Below are positions 44,301 to 56,510 of a stretch of 64,000 nt of DNA, in pieces. This stretch comes from Azolla caroliniana (lineage: Eukaryota > Plantae > Polypodiophyta). The stretch lies in the NCBI GenBank assembly GCA_043228905.1, contig JBHGNT010000054.1, positions 62,001 through 126,000 on the forward strand, in the 5' to 3' direction. The notes under the pieces were generated by a model. The model searched no databases and was not told the DNA's origin. It saw only the letters and a list, made by a program, of their open reading frames with translations. Every line of letters begins with the position of its first letter. Position 1 is the first letter of the stretch. The translations under genes were made by a program, and so were the position numbers.

Positions 44301-44373
44301 TTTGAAACTCAAGTCGAGAGACATGAAGGAAAAAGCCATTTTGAGGAAGGCGTAGACAAGAGCGCCTCACTGA
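32361..44373. repeat. 4983-bp higher-order repeat (27 full plus 2 truncated monomers), about 2.4 tandem copies
   Basis: Markers recur at +4983 (32358/37341/42324, 32628/37611/42594, 34058/39041/44024). 29x178-86-92-1 = 4983. Confidence 0.92.
32526..32528. other. Junction of 86-bp deletion (type B truncated monomer); also at 37509-37511, 42492-42494, 46354-46356, 52834-52836
   Basis: gacaagagc-gcc-atgatatgg joins offset 162 to offset 70 of the next unit through a GCC microhomology. Spacing 32358 to 32628 = 270 = 356-86. Confidence 0.92.
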
Positions 44374-44734
44374 ATGAAAATGTTCATAGATGGCTCGTGT
44401 GATATCGGATTTTGGTGTTTAAACATGCGAATCGAAGGTAACGAATCTAGCCATGATATGGAATTAAAAAATCAAGATTTTCAAACTCAAGTCGAGAGAC
44501 ATGAAGGAAAAAGCAAATTTGAGGAAGCCGTCGACAAGAGCGCCACAATGAATAAAAATGTTAATAGATTCCTCGTGTGATATCGGATTTTGGTGTTTAA
44601 ACATGCGAATCGAAGGTAACTAATCTAGCCATGATATGGAATTAAAAAATCAAGATTTTGAAACTCAAGTCAAGATACATGACGAAAACAACAATTTTGA
44701 GAATGGCGTAGACAAAAGCGCCTCACTGACTGAA

Positions 44735-44798
44735 TATGTTCATAGATTCCTCGTGTGATATCGGATTATGTTCATAGATGGCTCGTGTGATATCGGAT
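44735..44798. other. Unique 32-bp monomer remnant (imperfect 32-bp direct repeat)
   Basis: tatgttcatagattcctcgtgtgatatcggat is followed directly by tatgttcatagatggctcgtgtgatatcggat; ATG anchors at 44736 and 44768. Confidence 0.9.
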
Positions 44799-46013
44799 TT
44801 TGGTGTTTAAACATGCGAATCGAAGGTAACGAATCTAGCCATGATATGGAATTAAAAAATCAAGATTTTGAAACTCAAGTCGAGAGACATGAAGGAAAAA
44901 GCAATTTTGAGGAAGGCGTAGACAAGAGCGCCTCACTTACTAAAAATGTTCATAGATGGCTCGTGTGATATCGGATTTTGGTGTTTAAACATGCGAATCG
45001 AAGGTAACGAATCTAGCCATGATATGGAATTAAAAAATCAAGATTTTGAAACTCAAGTCGAGAGACATGAAGGAAAAAGCAATTTTGAGGAAGGCGTAGA
45101 CAAGAGCGCCTCACTTACTAAAAATGTTCATAGATGGCTCGTGTGATATCGGATTTTGGTGTTTAAACATGCGAATCGAAGGTAACGAATCTAGCCATGA
45201 TATGGAATTAAAAAATCAAGATTTTGAAACTCAAGTCAACATACATGACGAAAACAGCAATTTCGAGGAAGGCGTAGACAAGAGCGCCTCACTGACTGAA
45301 AATGTTCCTAGATGGCTTGTGTGATATCGGATTTTGGTGTTTAAACATGCGAATCGAAGGTAACGAATATAGCCATGATATGGAATTGAAAAATCAAGAT
45401 TTAAAAACTCAGGTCCAGAGATATGAAGTAAAAAGCAAATTTAAGGAAGCCGTCGACAAGAGCGCCACAATGAATGAAAATGTTAATAGATTCCTCGTGT
45501 GATATCGGATTTTGGTGTTTAAACATGCGAATCGAAGGTAACGAAACTAGCCATGATATGGAATTAAAAAATCAAGATTTTGAAACTCAAGTCGAGAGAC
45601 ATGAAGGAAAAAGCAAATTTGAGGAAGGCGTAGACAAGAGCGCCTCACTTACTAAAAATGTTCCTAGATGGCTTGTGTGATATTGGATTTTCGTGTTTAA
45701 ACATGCGAATCGAAGGTAACGAATCTAGCCATGATATGGAATTAAAAAATAAAGAATTTGATACTCATATCGAGAGACATGAAGAAAAAAGCAATTTTGA
45801 GGTAGGCGTAGACAAGAGCGCCTCACTGACTAAAAATGTTCATAGATGGCTCGTGTGATATCGGATTTTGGTGTTTAAACATGCGAATCGAAGGTAACGA
45901 ATCTAGCCATGAGATGGAATTAAAAAATCAAGATTTTGAAACTCAAGTCAAGATACATGACGAAAACAGCAATTTTGAGGAAGGCGTAGACAAAAGCGCC
46001 TCACTGACTGAAA

Positions 46014-49000
46014 ATGTTCCTAGTTGGCTTGTGTGATATCGGATTTTGGTGTTTAAACCTGCGAATCGAAGGTAACGAAACTAGCGATGATATGGAATTG
46101 AAAAATCAAGATTTAAAAACTCAGGTCCAGAGACATGAAGTAAAAATCAAATTTAAGGAAGCCGTCGACAAGAGCGCCACAATGAATGAAAATGTTAATA
46201 GATTCCTCGTGTGATATCGGATTTTGGTGTTTAAACATGCGAATCGAAGGTAACGAAACTAGCCATGATATGGAATTAAAAAATCAAGATTTTGAAACTC
46301 AAGTCGAGAGACATGAAGGAAAAAGCCATTTTGAGGAAGGCGTAGACAAGAGCGCCATGATATGGAATTGAAAAATCAATATTTTGAAACTCAAGTCGAG
46401 AGACATGAAGAGAAAAGCAAATTTGAGGAAGGCGTAGACAAGAGCGCCTCAATGAATGAAAATGTTCATAGAATCCTCGTGTGATATCGGATTTAGGTTT
46501 TTAAACATGCGAATCGAAGGTAACGAAACTAGCCATGATATGGAATTAAAATATCAAGATTTTGAAACTCAGGTCGAGAGAAGTGAAGAAAAAAGCAATT
46601 TTGAGGAAGGCGTAGACAAGTGCGCCTCACTGACTGAAAATGTTCATAGATGGCTCGTGTGATATCGGGTTTTGGTGTTTAAACATGCGAATTGAAGGTA
46701 ACGAATATAGCCATGATATGGAATTGAAAAATCAAGATTTAAAAACTCAGGTCGAGAGACATAAAGTAAAAAGGAAATTTAAGGAAGGCGTCGACAAGAG
46801 CGCCTCAATGGATGAAAAGGTTCATAGATTCCTCGTGTGATATCGGATTTTGGTGTTTAAACATGCGAATCGAAGGTAACGAATCTAGCCATGATATGGA
46901 ATTAAAAAATAAAGAATTTGATACTCATATCGAGAGACATGAAGAAAAAAGCAATTTTGAGGTAGGCGTAGACAAGAGCGCCTCACTGACTAAAAATGTT
47001 CATAGATGGCTCGTGTGATATCGAATTTTGGTGTTTAAACATGCAAATCGAAGGTAACGAAACTAGCCATGATATCGAATTAAAAAATCAAGATTTTGCA
47101 ACTCAGGTCGAGAGACATGAAGAAAAAAGCAATTTTGAGGAAGGCGTAGACAAGAGCGCCTCACTGACTGAAAATGTTCATAGATGGCTTGTGTGATATC
47201 GGATTTTGGTGTTTAAACATGCGAATCGAAGGTAACGAAACTAGCCATGATATGGAATTGAAAAATAAAGATTTAAAAACTCTGGTCGAGAGACATAAAG
47301 AAAAAAGCAATTTTGAGGAAGGCGTAGACAAGAGCGCCTCACTGACTGAAAATGTTCATAGATGGCTTGTGTGATATCGGATTTTGGTGTTTAAACATGC
47401 GAATCGAAGGTAACGAAACTAGCCATGATATGGAATTGAAAAATGAAGATTTAAAAACTCAGGTCCAGAGACATGAAGTAAAAAGCAAATTTAAGGAAGC
47501 CGTCGACAAGAGCGCCACAATGAATGAAAATGTTAATAGATTCCTCGTGTGATATCGGATTTTGGTGTTTAAACATGCGAATCGAAGGTAACGAAACTAG
47601 CCATGATATGGAATTAAAAAATCAAGATTTTGAAACTCAAGTCGAGAGACATGAAGGAAAAAGCAAATTTGAGGAAGGCGTAGACAAGAGCGCCTCACTT
47701 ACTAAAAATGTTCATAGATGGCTCGTGTGATATCGGATTTTGGTGTTTAAACATGCGAATCGAAGGTAACGAATCTAGCCATGATATGGAATTAAAAAAT
47801 CAAGATTTTGAAACTCAAGTCAAGATACATGACGAAAACAACAATTTCGAGGAAGGCGTAGACAAGAGCGCCTCACTGACTGAAAATGTTCCTAGATGGC
47901 TTGTGTGATATCGGATTCTGGTGTTTAAACATGCGAATCGAAGGTAACGAATATAGCCATGATATGGAATTGAAAAATCAAGATTTAAAAACTCAGGTCC
48001 AGAGACATGAAGTAAAAAGCAAATTTAAGGAAGCCGTCGACAAGAGCGCCACAATGAATGAAAATGTTAATAGATTCCTCGTGTGATATCGGATTTTGGT
48101 GTTTAAACATGCGAATCGAAGGTAACGAAACTAGCCATGATATGGAATTAAAAAATCAAGATTTTGAAACTCAAGTCGAGAGACATGAAGGAAAAAGCCA
48201 TTTTGAGGAAGGCGTAGACAAGAGCGCCTCACTGACTTAAAATGTTCCTAGATGGCTTGTGTGATATCAGATTTTGGTGTTTAAACATGCGAATCGAAGG
48301 TAACGAATATAGCCATGATATGGAATTAAAAAATCAAGATTTTCAAACTCAAGTCGAGAGACATGAAGGAAAAAGCAAATCGAAGGTAACGAATATAGCC
48401 ATGATATGGAATTGAAAAATCAAGATTTAAAAACTCTGGTCGAGAGACATAAAGAACAAAAGCAATTTTGAGGAAGGCGTAGACAAGAGCGCCTAACTGA
48501 CTGAAAATGTTCCTACATGGCTTGTGTGATATCGGATTTTGGTGTTTAAACATGCGAATCGAAGGTAACGAAACTAGCCATGATATCGAATTAAAAAATC
48601 AAGATTTTGCAACTCAGGTCGAGAGACATGAAGAAAAAAGCAATTTTGAGGAAGGCGTAGACAAGAGCGCCTCACTGACTGAAAATGTTCATAGATGGCT
48701 TGTGTGATATCGGATTTTGGTGTTTAAACATGCAATCGAAGGTAACGAATATAGCCACGACATGGAATTGAAAAATCAAGATTTTGAAACTCAAGTCGAG
48801 AGACATGAAGAAAAAAGCAATTTTGAGGAAGGCGTAGACAAGACCGCCTCACTGACTGAAAATGTTCATAGATGGCTCGTGTGATATCGGATTTTGGTGT
48901 TTAAACATGAAAATCGAAGGTAACGAATATAGCCATGATATGGAATTGAAAAATCAAGATTTAAAAACTCTGGTCGAGAGACATAAAGAAAAAAGCAATT

Positions 49001-52000
49001 TTGAGGAAGGCGTAGACAAGAGCGCCTAACTGACTGAAAATGTTCCTACATGGCTTGTGTGATATCGGATTTTGGTGTTTAAACATGCGAATCGAAGGTA
49101 ACGAATATAGCCATGATATGGAATTGAAAAATCAAGATTTAAAAACTCAGGTCGAGAGACATAAAGAAAAAAGCAATTTTAAGGAAGGTGTCGACAAGAG
49201 CGCCACAATGAATGAAAATGCTCATAGATTGCTCGTGTGATATCGGATTTTGGTGTTTAAACATGCGAATCGAAGGTAACGAATCTAGCCATGATATGGA
49301 ATTAAAAAATCAAGATTTTCAAACTCAAGTCGAGAGACATGAAGGAAAAAGCAAATTTGAGGAAGGCGTAGACAAGAGCGCCTCACTTACTAAAAATGTT
49401 CATAGATGGCTCGTGTGATATCGGATTTTGGTGTTTAAACATGCGAATCGAAGGTAACGAATCTAGCCATGATATGGAATTAAAAAATAAAGAATTTGAT
49501 ACTCATATCGAGAGACATGAAGAAAAAAGCAATTTTGAGGTAGGCGTAGACAAGAGCGCCTCACTGACTAAAAATGTTCATAGATGGCTCGTGTGATATT
49601 GGATTTTGGTGTTTAAACATGCAAATCGAAGGTAACGAAACTAGCCATGATATCGAATTAAAAAATCAAGATTTTGCAACTCAGGTCGAGAGACATGAAG
49701 AAAAAAGCAATTTTGAGGAAGGCATAGACAAGAGCGCCTCACTGACTTAAAATGTTCCTAGATGGCTTGTGTGATATCGGATTTTGGTGTTTAAACATGC
49801 GAATCGAAGGTAACGAATATAGCCATGATATGGAATTGAAAAATCAAGATTTAAAAACTCTGGTCGAGAGACATGAAGTGAAAAGCAAATTTAAGGAAGG
49901 CGTAGACAAGAGCGCCTCAATGGATGAAAATGTTAATAGATTCCTCGTGTGATATCGGATTTTGGTGTTTAAACATGCGAATCGAAGGTAACGAAACTAG
50001 CCATGATATCGAATTAAAAAATCAAGATTTTGAAACTCAAGTCGAGAGACATGAAGGAAAAAGCCATTTTGAGGAAGGCGTAGACAAGAGCGCCTCAATG
50101 AATGAAAATGTTCATAGATTCCTCGTGTGATATCGGATTTTGGTGTTTAAACATGCGAATCGAAGGTAACGAATATAGCCATGATATGGAATTAAAAAAT
50201 CAAGATTTAAAAACTCAGGTCCAGAGACATGAAGTAAAAAGCAAATTTAAGGAAGGCGTAGACAAGAGCGCCTCAATGGATAAAAATGTTCATAGATTCC
50301 TCGTGTGATATCGGATTTTGGTGTTTAAACATGCGAATCGAAGGTAACGAATATAGCCATGATATGGAATTAAAAAATAAAGATTTTGAAACTCAGGTCG
50401 AGAGACATGAAGAAAAAAGCAATTTTGAGGAAGGCGTAGACAAGAGCGCCTCACTGACTGAAAATGTTCCTAGATGCCTTGTGTGATATCGGATTTTGGT
50501 GTTTAAACCTGCGAATCGAAGGTAACGAATATAGCCATGATATGGAATTGAAAAATCAAGATTTAAAAACTCAGGTCCAGAGACATGAAGTAAAAAGCAA
50601 ATTTAAGGAAGCCGTCGACAAGAGCGCCACAATGAATGAAAATGTTAATAGATTCCTCGTGTGATATCGGATTTTGGTGTTTAAACATGCGAATCGAAGG
50701 TAACGAAACTAGCCATGATATGGAATTAAAAAATCAAGATTTTGAAACTCAAGTCGAGAGACATGAAGAAAAAAGCCATTTTGAGGAAGGCGTAGACAAG
50801 AGCGCCTCACTGACTTAAAATGTTCCTAGATGGCTTGTGTGATATCAGATGGCTTGTGTGATATCAGACAAGAGCGCCTCACTGACTGAAAATGTTCCTA
50901 GATGCCTTGTGTGATATCGGATTTTGGTGTTTAAACCTGCGAATCGAAGGTAACGAATATAGCCATGATATGGAATTGAAAAATCAAGATTTAAAAACTC
51001 AGGTCCAGAGACATGAAGTAAAAAGCAAATTTAAGGAAGCCGTCGACAAGAGCGCCACAATGAATGAAAATGTTCATAGATGGCTCGTGTGATATTGGAT
51101 TTTGGTGTTTAAACATGCAAATCGAAGGTAACGAAACTAGCCATGATATCGAATTAAAAAATCAAGATTTTGCAACTCAGGTCGAGAGACATGAAGAAAA
51201 AAGCAATTTTGAGGAAGGCATAGACAAGAGCGCCTCACTGACTTAAAATGTTCCTAGATGGCTTGTGTGATATCGGATTTTGGTGTTTAAACATGCGAAT
51301 CGAAGGTAACGAATATAGCCATGATATGGAATTGAAAAATCAAGATTTAAAAACTCTGGTCGAGAGACATGAAGTGAAAAGCAAATTTAAGGAAGGCGTA
51401 GACAAGAGCGCCTCAATGGATGAAAATGTTAATAGATTCCTCGTGTGATATCGGATTTTGGTGTTTAAACATGCGAATCGAAGGTAACGAAACTAGCCAT
51501 GATATCGAATTAAAAAATCAAGATTTTGAAACTCAAGTCGAGAGACATGAAGGAAAAAGCCATTTTGAGGAAGGCGTAGACAAGAGCGCCTCAATGAATG
51601 AAAATGTTCATAGATTCCTCGTGTGATATCGGATTTTGGTGTTTAAACATGCGAATCGAAGGTAACGAATCTAGCCATGATATGGAATTAAAAAATAAAG
51701 ATTTTGATACTCATATCGAGAGACATGAAGAAAAAAGCAATTTTGAGGAAGGCGTAGACAAGAGCGCCTCACTGACTGAATATGTTCATAGATGGCTCGT
51801 GTGATATCGGATTTTGGTGTTGAAACATGCGAATCGAAGGTAACGAATATAGCCATGATATGGAATTGAAAAATCAAGATTTAAAAACTCTGGTCGAGAG
51901 ACATAAAGAAAAAAGCAATTTTGAGGGAGGCGTAGACAAGAGCGCCTCACTGACTGAAAATGTTCATAGATGGCTTGTGTGATATCGGATTTTGGTGTTT

Positions 52001-53740
52001 AAACCTGCGAATCGAAGGTAACGAATATAGCCATGATATGGAATTGAAAAATCAAGATTTAAAAACTCAGGTCCAGAGACATGAAGTAAAAAGCAAATTT
52101 AAGGAAGCCGTCGACAAGAGCGCCACAATGAATGAAAATGTTAATAGATTCCTCGTGTGATATCGGATTTTGGTGTTTAAACATGCGAATCGAAGGTAAC
52201 GAAACTAGCCATGATATGGAATTAAAAAATCAAGATTTTGAAACTCAAGTCGAGAGACATGAAGAAAAAAGCCATTTTGAGGAAGGCGTAGACAAGAGCG
52301 CCTCACTGACTTAAAATGTTCCTAGATGGCTTGTGTGATATCAGATTTTGGTGTTTAAACATGCGAATCGAAGGTAACGAATATAGCCATGATATGGAAT
52401 TGAAAAATCAAGATTTAAAAACTCTGGTCAAGAGACATAAAGAAAAAAGCAATTTTGAGGAAGGCGTAGACAAGAGCGCCTCACTGACTGAAAATGTTCC
52501 TAGTTGGCTTGTGTGATATCGGATTTTGGTGTTTAAACCTGCGAATCGAAGGTAACGAAACTAGCGATGATATGGAATTGAAAAATCAAGATTTAAAAAC
52601 TCAGGTCCAGAGACATGAAGTAAAAATCAAATTTAAGGAAGCCGTCGACAAGAGCGCCACAATGAATGAAAATGTTAATAGATTCCTCGTGTGATATCGG
52701 ATTTTGGTGTTTAAACATGCGAATCGAAGGTAACGAAACTAGCCATGATATGGAATTAAAAAATCAAGATTTTGAAACTCAAGTCGAGAGACATGAAGGA
52801 AAAAGCCATTTTGAGGAAGGCGTAGACAAGAGCGCCATGATATGGAATTGAAAAATCAATATTTTGAAACTCAAGTCGAGAGACATGAAGAGAAAAGCAA
52901 ATTTGAGGAAGGCGTAGACAAGAGCGCCTCAATGAATGAAAATGTTCATAGAATCCTCGTGTGATATCGGATTTAGGTTTTTAAACATGCGAATCGAAGG
53001 TAACGAAACTAGCCATGATATGGAATTTAAATATCAAGATTTTGAAACTCAGGTCGAGAGAAGTGAAGAAAAAAGCAATTTTGAGGAAGGCGTAGACAAG
53101 TGCGCCTCACTGACTGAAAATGTTCATAGATGGCTCGTGTGATATCGGGTTTTGGTGTTTAAACATGCGAATTGAAGGTAACGAATATAGCCATGATATG
53201 GAATTGAAAAATCAAGATTTAAAAACTCAGGTCGAGAGACATAAAGTAAAAAGGAAATTTAAGGAAGGCGTCGACAAGAGCGCCTCAATGGATGAAAAGG
53301 TTCATAGATTCCTCGTGTGATATCGGATTTTGGTGTTTAAACATGCGAATCGAAGGTAACGAATCTAGCCATGATATGGAATTAAAAAATAAAGAATTTG
53401 ATACTCATATCGAGAGACATGAAGAAAAAAGCAATTTTGAGGTAGGCGTAGACAAGAGCGCCTCACTGACTAAAAATGTTCATAGATGGCTCGTGTGATA
53501 TCGAATTTTGGTGTTTAAACATGCAAATCGAAGGTAACGAAACTAGCCATGATATCGAATTAAAAAATCAAGATTTTGCAACTCAGGTCGAGAGACATGA
53601 AGAAAAAAGCAATTTTGAGGAAGGCGTAGACAAGAGCGCCTCACTGACTGAAAACGTTCATAGATGGCTTGTGTGATATCGGATTTTGGTGTTTAAACAT
53701 GCGAATCGAAGGTAACGAATAAAGCCATGATATGGAATTG
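46014..53740. repeat. Further copy of the 4983-bp HOR lengthened by 1496 bp
   Basis: 46014-50150 matches 37169-41310 (+8845) and 51070-53700 matches 40729-43360 (+10341/10342). The period 46186 to 52666 is 6480 = 4984+1496, and 1496 = 8x178+72. Confidence 0.85.
50820..50891. other. Unique 72-bp rearranged unit containing a 19-bp tandem duplication
   Basis: agatggcttgtgtgatatc occurs twice (50828-50846, 50847-50865), then aga-caagagcgcc; ATG anchors at 50820 and 50892. Confidence 0.9.
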
Positions 53741-54770
53741 AAAAATCAAGATTTAAAAACTCAGGTCGAGAGACATAAAGTAAAAAGGAAATTTAAGGAA
53801 GGCGTCGACAAGAGCGCCTCAATGCATGAAAAGGTTCATAGATTCCTCGTGTGATATCGGATTTTGGTGTTTAAACATGCGAATCGAAGGTAACGAATCT
53901 ACCCATGATATGGAATTAAAAAATAAAGAATTTGATACTCATATCGAGAGACATGAAGAAAAAAGCAATTTTGAGGTAGGCGTAGACAAGAGCGCCTCAC
54001 TGACTAAAAATGTTCATAGAATCCTCGTGTGATATCGGATTTAGGTTTTTAAACATGCGAATCGAAGGTAACGAAACTAGCCATGATATGGAATTAAAAT
54101 ATCAAGATTGTGAAACTCAGGTCGAGAGGATTGAAGAAAAAAGCAATTTTGAGGAAGGCGTAGACAAGTGCGCCTCACTGACTGAAAATGTTCATAGATG
54201 GCTCGTGTGATATCGGGTTTTGGTGTTTAAACATGCGAACTGAAGGTAACGAATATAGCCATGATATGGAATTGAAAAATCAAGATTTAAAAACTCAGGT
54301 CGAGAGACATAAAGTAAAAAGGAAATTTAAGGAAGGCGTCGACAAGAGCGCCTCAATGGATGAAAAGGTTCATAGATTCCTCGTGTGATATCGGATTTTG
54401 GTGTTTAAACATGCGAATCGAAGGTAACGAATCTAGCCATGATATGGAATTAAAAAATAAAGAATTTGATACTCATATCGAGAGACATGAAGAAAAAAGC
54501 AATTTTGAGGTAGGCGTAGACAAGAGCGCCTCACTGACTAAAAATGTTCATAGATGGCTCGTGTGATATCGAATTTTGGTGTTTAAACATGCAAATCGAA
54601 GGTAACGAAACTAGCCATGATATCGAATTAAAAAATCAAGATTTTGCAACTCAGGTCGAGAGACATGATGAAAAAAGCAATTTTGAGGAAGGCGTAGACA
54701 AGAGCGCCTCACTGACTGAAAATGTTCATAGATGGCTTGTGTGATATCGGATTTTGGTGTTTAAACATGC
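52942..54770. repeat. Local 6-monomer duplication (1068 bp) with internal 3-monomer periodicity
   Basis: The rare gaatcctcg/atttaggtttt monomer occurs at 52942 and 54010. 53120/54188, 53292/54360 and 53476/54544 are all +1068, and 53292/53826/54360 are spaced by 534. Confidence 0.75.
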
Positions 54771-55255
54771 GAATCGAAGGTAACGAATATAGCCACGACA
54801 TGGAATTGAAAAATCAAGATTTTGAAACTCAAGTCGAGAGACATAAAGTAAAAAGCAAATTTAAGGAAGGTGTCGACAAGAGCGCCTCACTGACTGAAAA
54901 TGTTCATAGATGGCTTGTGTGATATCGGATTTTGGTGTTTAAACATACGAATCGAAGGTAACGAAACTAGCCATGATATGGAATTGAAAAATGAAGATTT
55001 AAAAACTCAGGTCCAGAGACATGAAGTAAAAAGCAAATTTAAGGAAGCCGTCGACAAGAGCGCCACAATGAATGAAAATGTTAATAGATGGCTCGTGTGA
55101 TATCGGATTTTGGTGTTTAAACATGCGAATCGAAGGTAACGAATATAGCCATGATATGGAATTAAAAAATAAAGATTTTGAATCTCAGGTCGAGAGACAT
55201 GAAGAAAAAAGCAATTTTGAGGAAGGCGTAGACAAGAGCGCCTCACTGACTGAAA

Positions 55256-56510
55256 ATGTTCATAGATTCCTCGTGTGATATCATATTTTGGTGTTTAAAC
55301 ATGCGAATCGAAGGTAACGAATATAGCCATGATATGGAATTGAAAAAATCAAGATTTAAAAACTCAGGTCGAGAGACATAAAGTAAAAAGCAAATTTAAG
55401 GAAGGTGTCGACAAGAGCGCCACAATGAATGAAAATGCTCATAGATTGCTCGTGTGATATCGGATTTTGGTGTTTAAACATGCGAATCGAAGGTAACGAA
55501 TATAGCCATGATATGGAATTGAAAAATCAAGATTTAAAAACTCTGGTCGAGAGACATGAAGTGAAAAGCAAATTTAAGGAAGGCGTAGACAAGAGCGCCT
55601 CAATGGATGAAAATGTTCCTAGATGGCTTGTGTGATATCGGATTTTGGTGTTTAAACATGCGAATCGAAGGTAACGAAACTAGCCATGATATCGAATTAA
55701 AAAATCAAGATTTTGCAACTCAGGTCGAGAGACATGAAGAAAAAAGCAATTTTGAGGAAGGCGTAGACAAGAGCGCCTCACTGACTGAAAATGTTCATAG
55801 ATGGCTTGTGTGATATCGGATTTTGGTGTTTAAACATACTAATCGAAGGTAACGAATAAAGCCATGATATGGAATTGAAAAATCAAGATTTAAAAACTCA
55901 GGTCCAGAGACATAAAGAGAAAAGCAAATTTGAGGAAGGCGTAGACAAGAGCGCCTCACTGAATGAAAATGTTCATAGATGGCTTGTGTGATATCGGATT
56001 TTGGTGTTTAAACATGCGAATCGAAGGTAACGAATATAGCCATGATATGGAATTGAAAAATCAAGATTTAAAAACTTTGGTCGAGAGACATGAAGTGAAA
56101 AGCAAATTTAAGGAAGGCATAGACAAGAGCGCCTCAATGGATGAAAATGTTCATAGATTCCTCGTGTGATATCATATTTTGGTGTTTAAACATGCGAATC
56201 GAAGGTAACGAATATAGCCATGATATGGAATTGAAAAAATCAAGATTTAAAAACTCAGGTCGAGAGACATAAAGTAAAAAGCAAATTTAAGGAAGGTGTC
56301 GACAAGAGCGCCACAATGAATGAAAATGCTCATAGATTGCTCGTGTGATATCGGATTTTGGTGTTTAAACATGCGAATCGAAGGTAACGAATATAGCCAT
56401 GATATGGAATTGAAAAATCAAGATTTAAAAACTCTGGTCGAGAGACATGAAGTGAAAAGCAAATTTAAGGAAGGCGTAGACAAGAGCGCCTCAATGGATG
56501 AAAATGTTCA
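55256..56510. repeat. Local 5-monomer periodicity (891 bp)
   Basis: The monomer carrying gatatcatatttt plus an extra A occurs at 55256 and 56147; the following monomers 55429/56320 match. 891 = 5x178+1. Confidence 0.65.

Noticed and set aside
44735-50891. Transposon footprints or target-site duplications at the 32-bp and 72-bp junctions
   Set aside because: All junction sequence derives from the satellite itself; there are no terminal repeats or foreign DNA.
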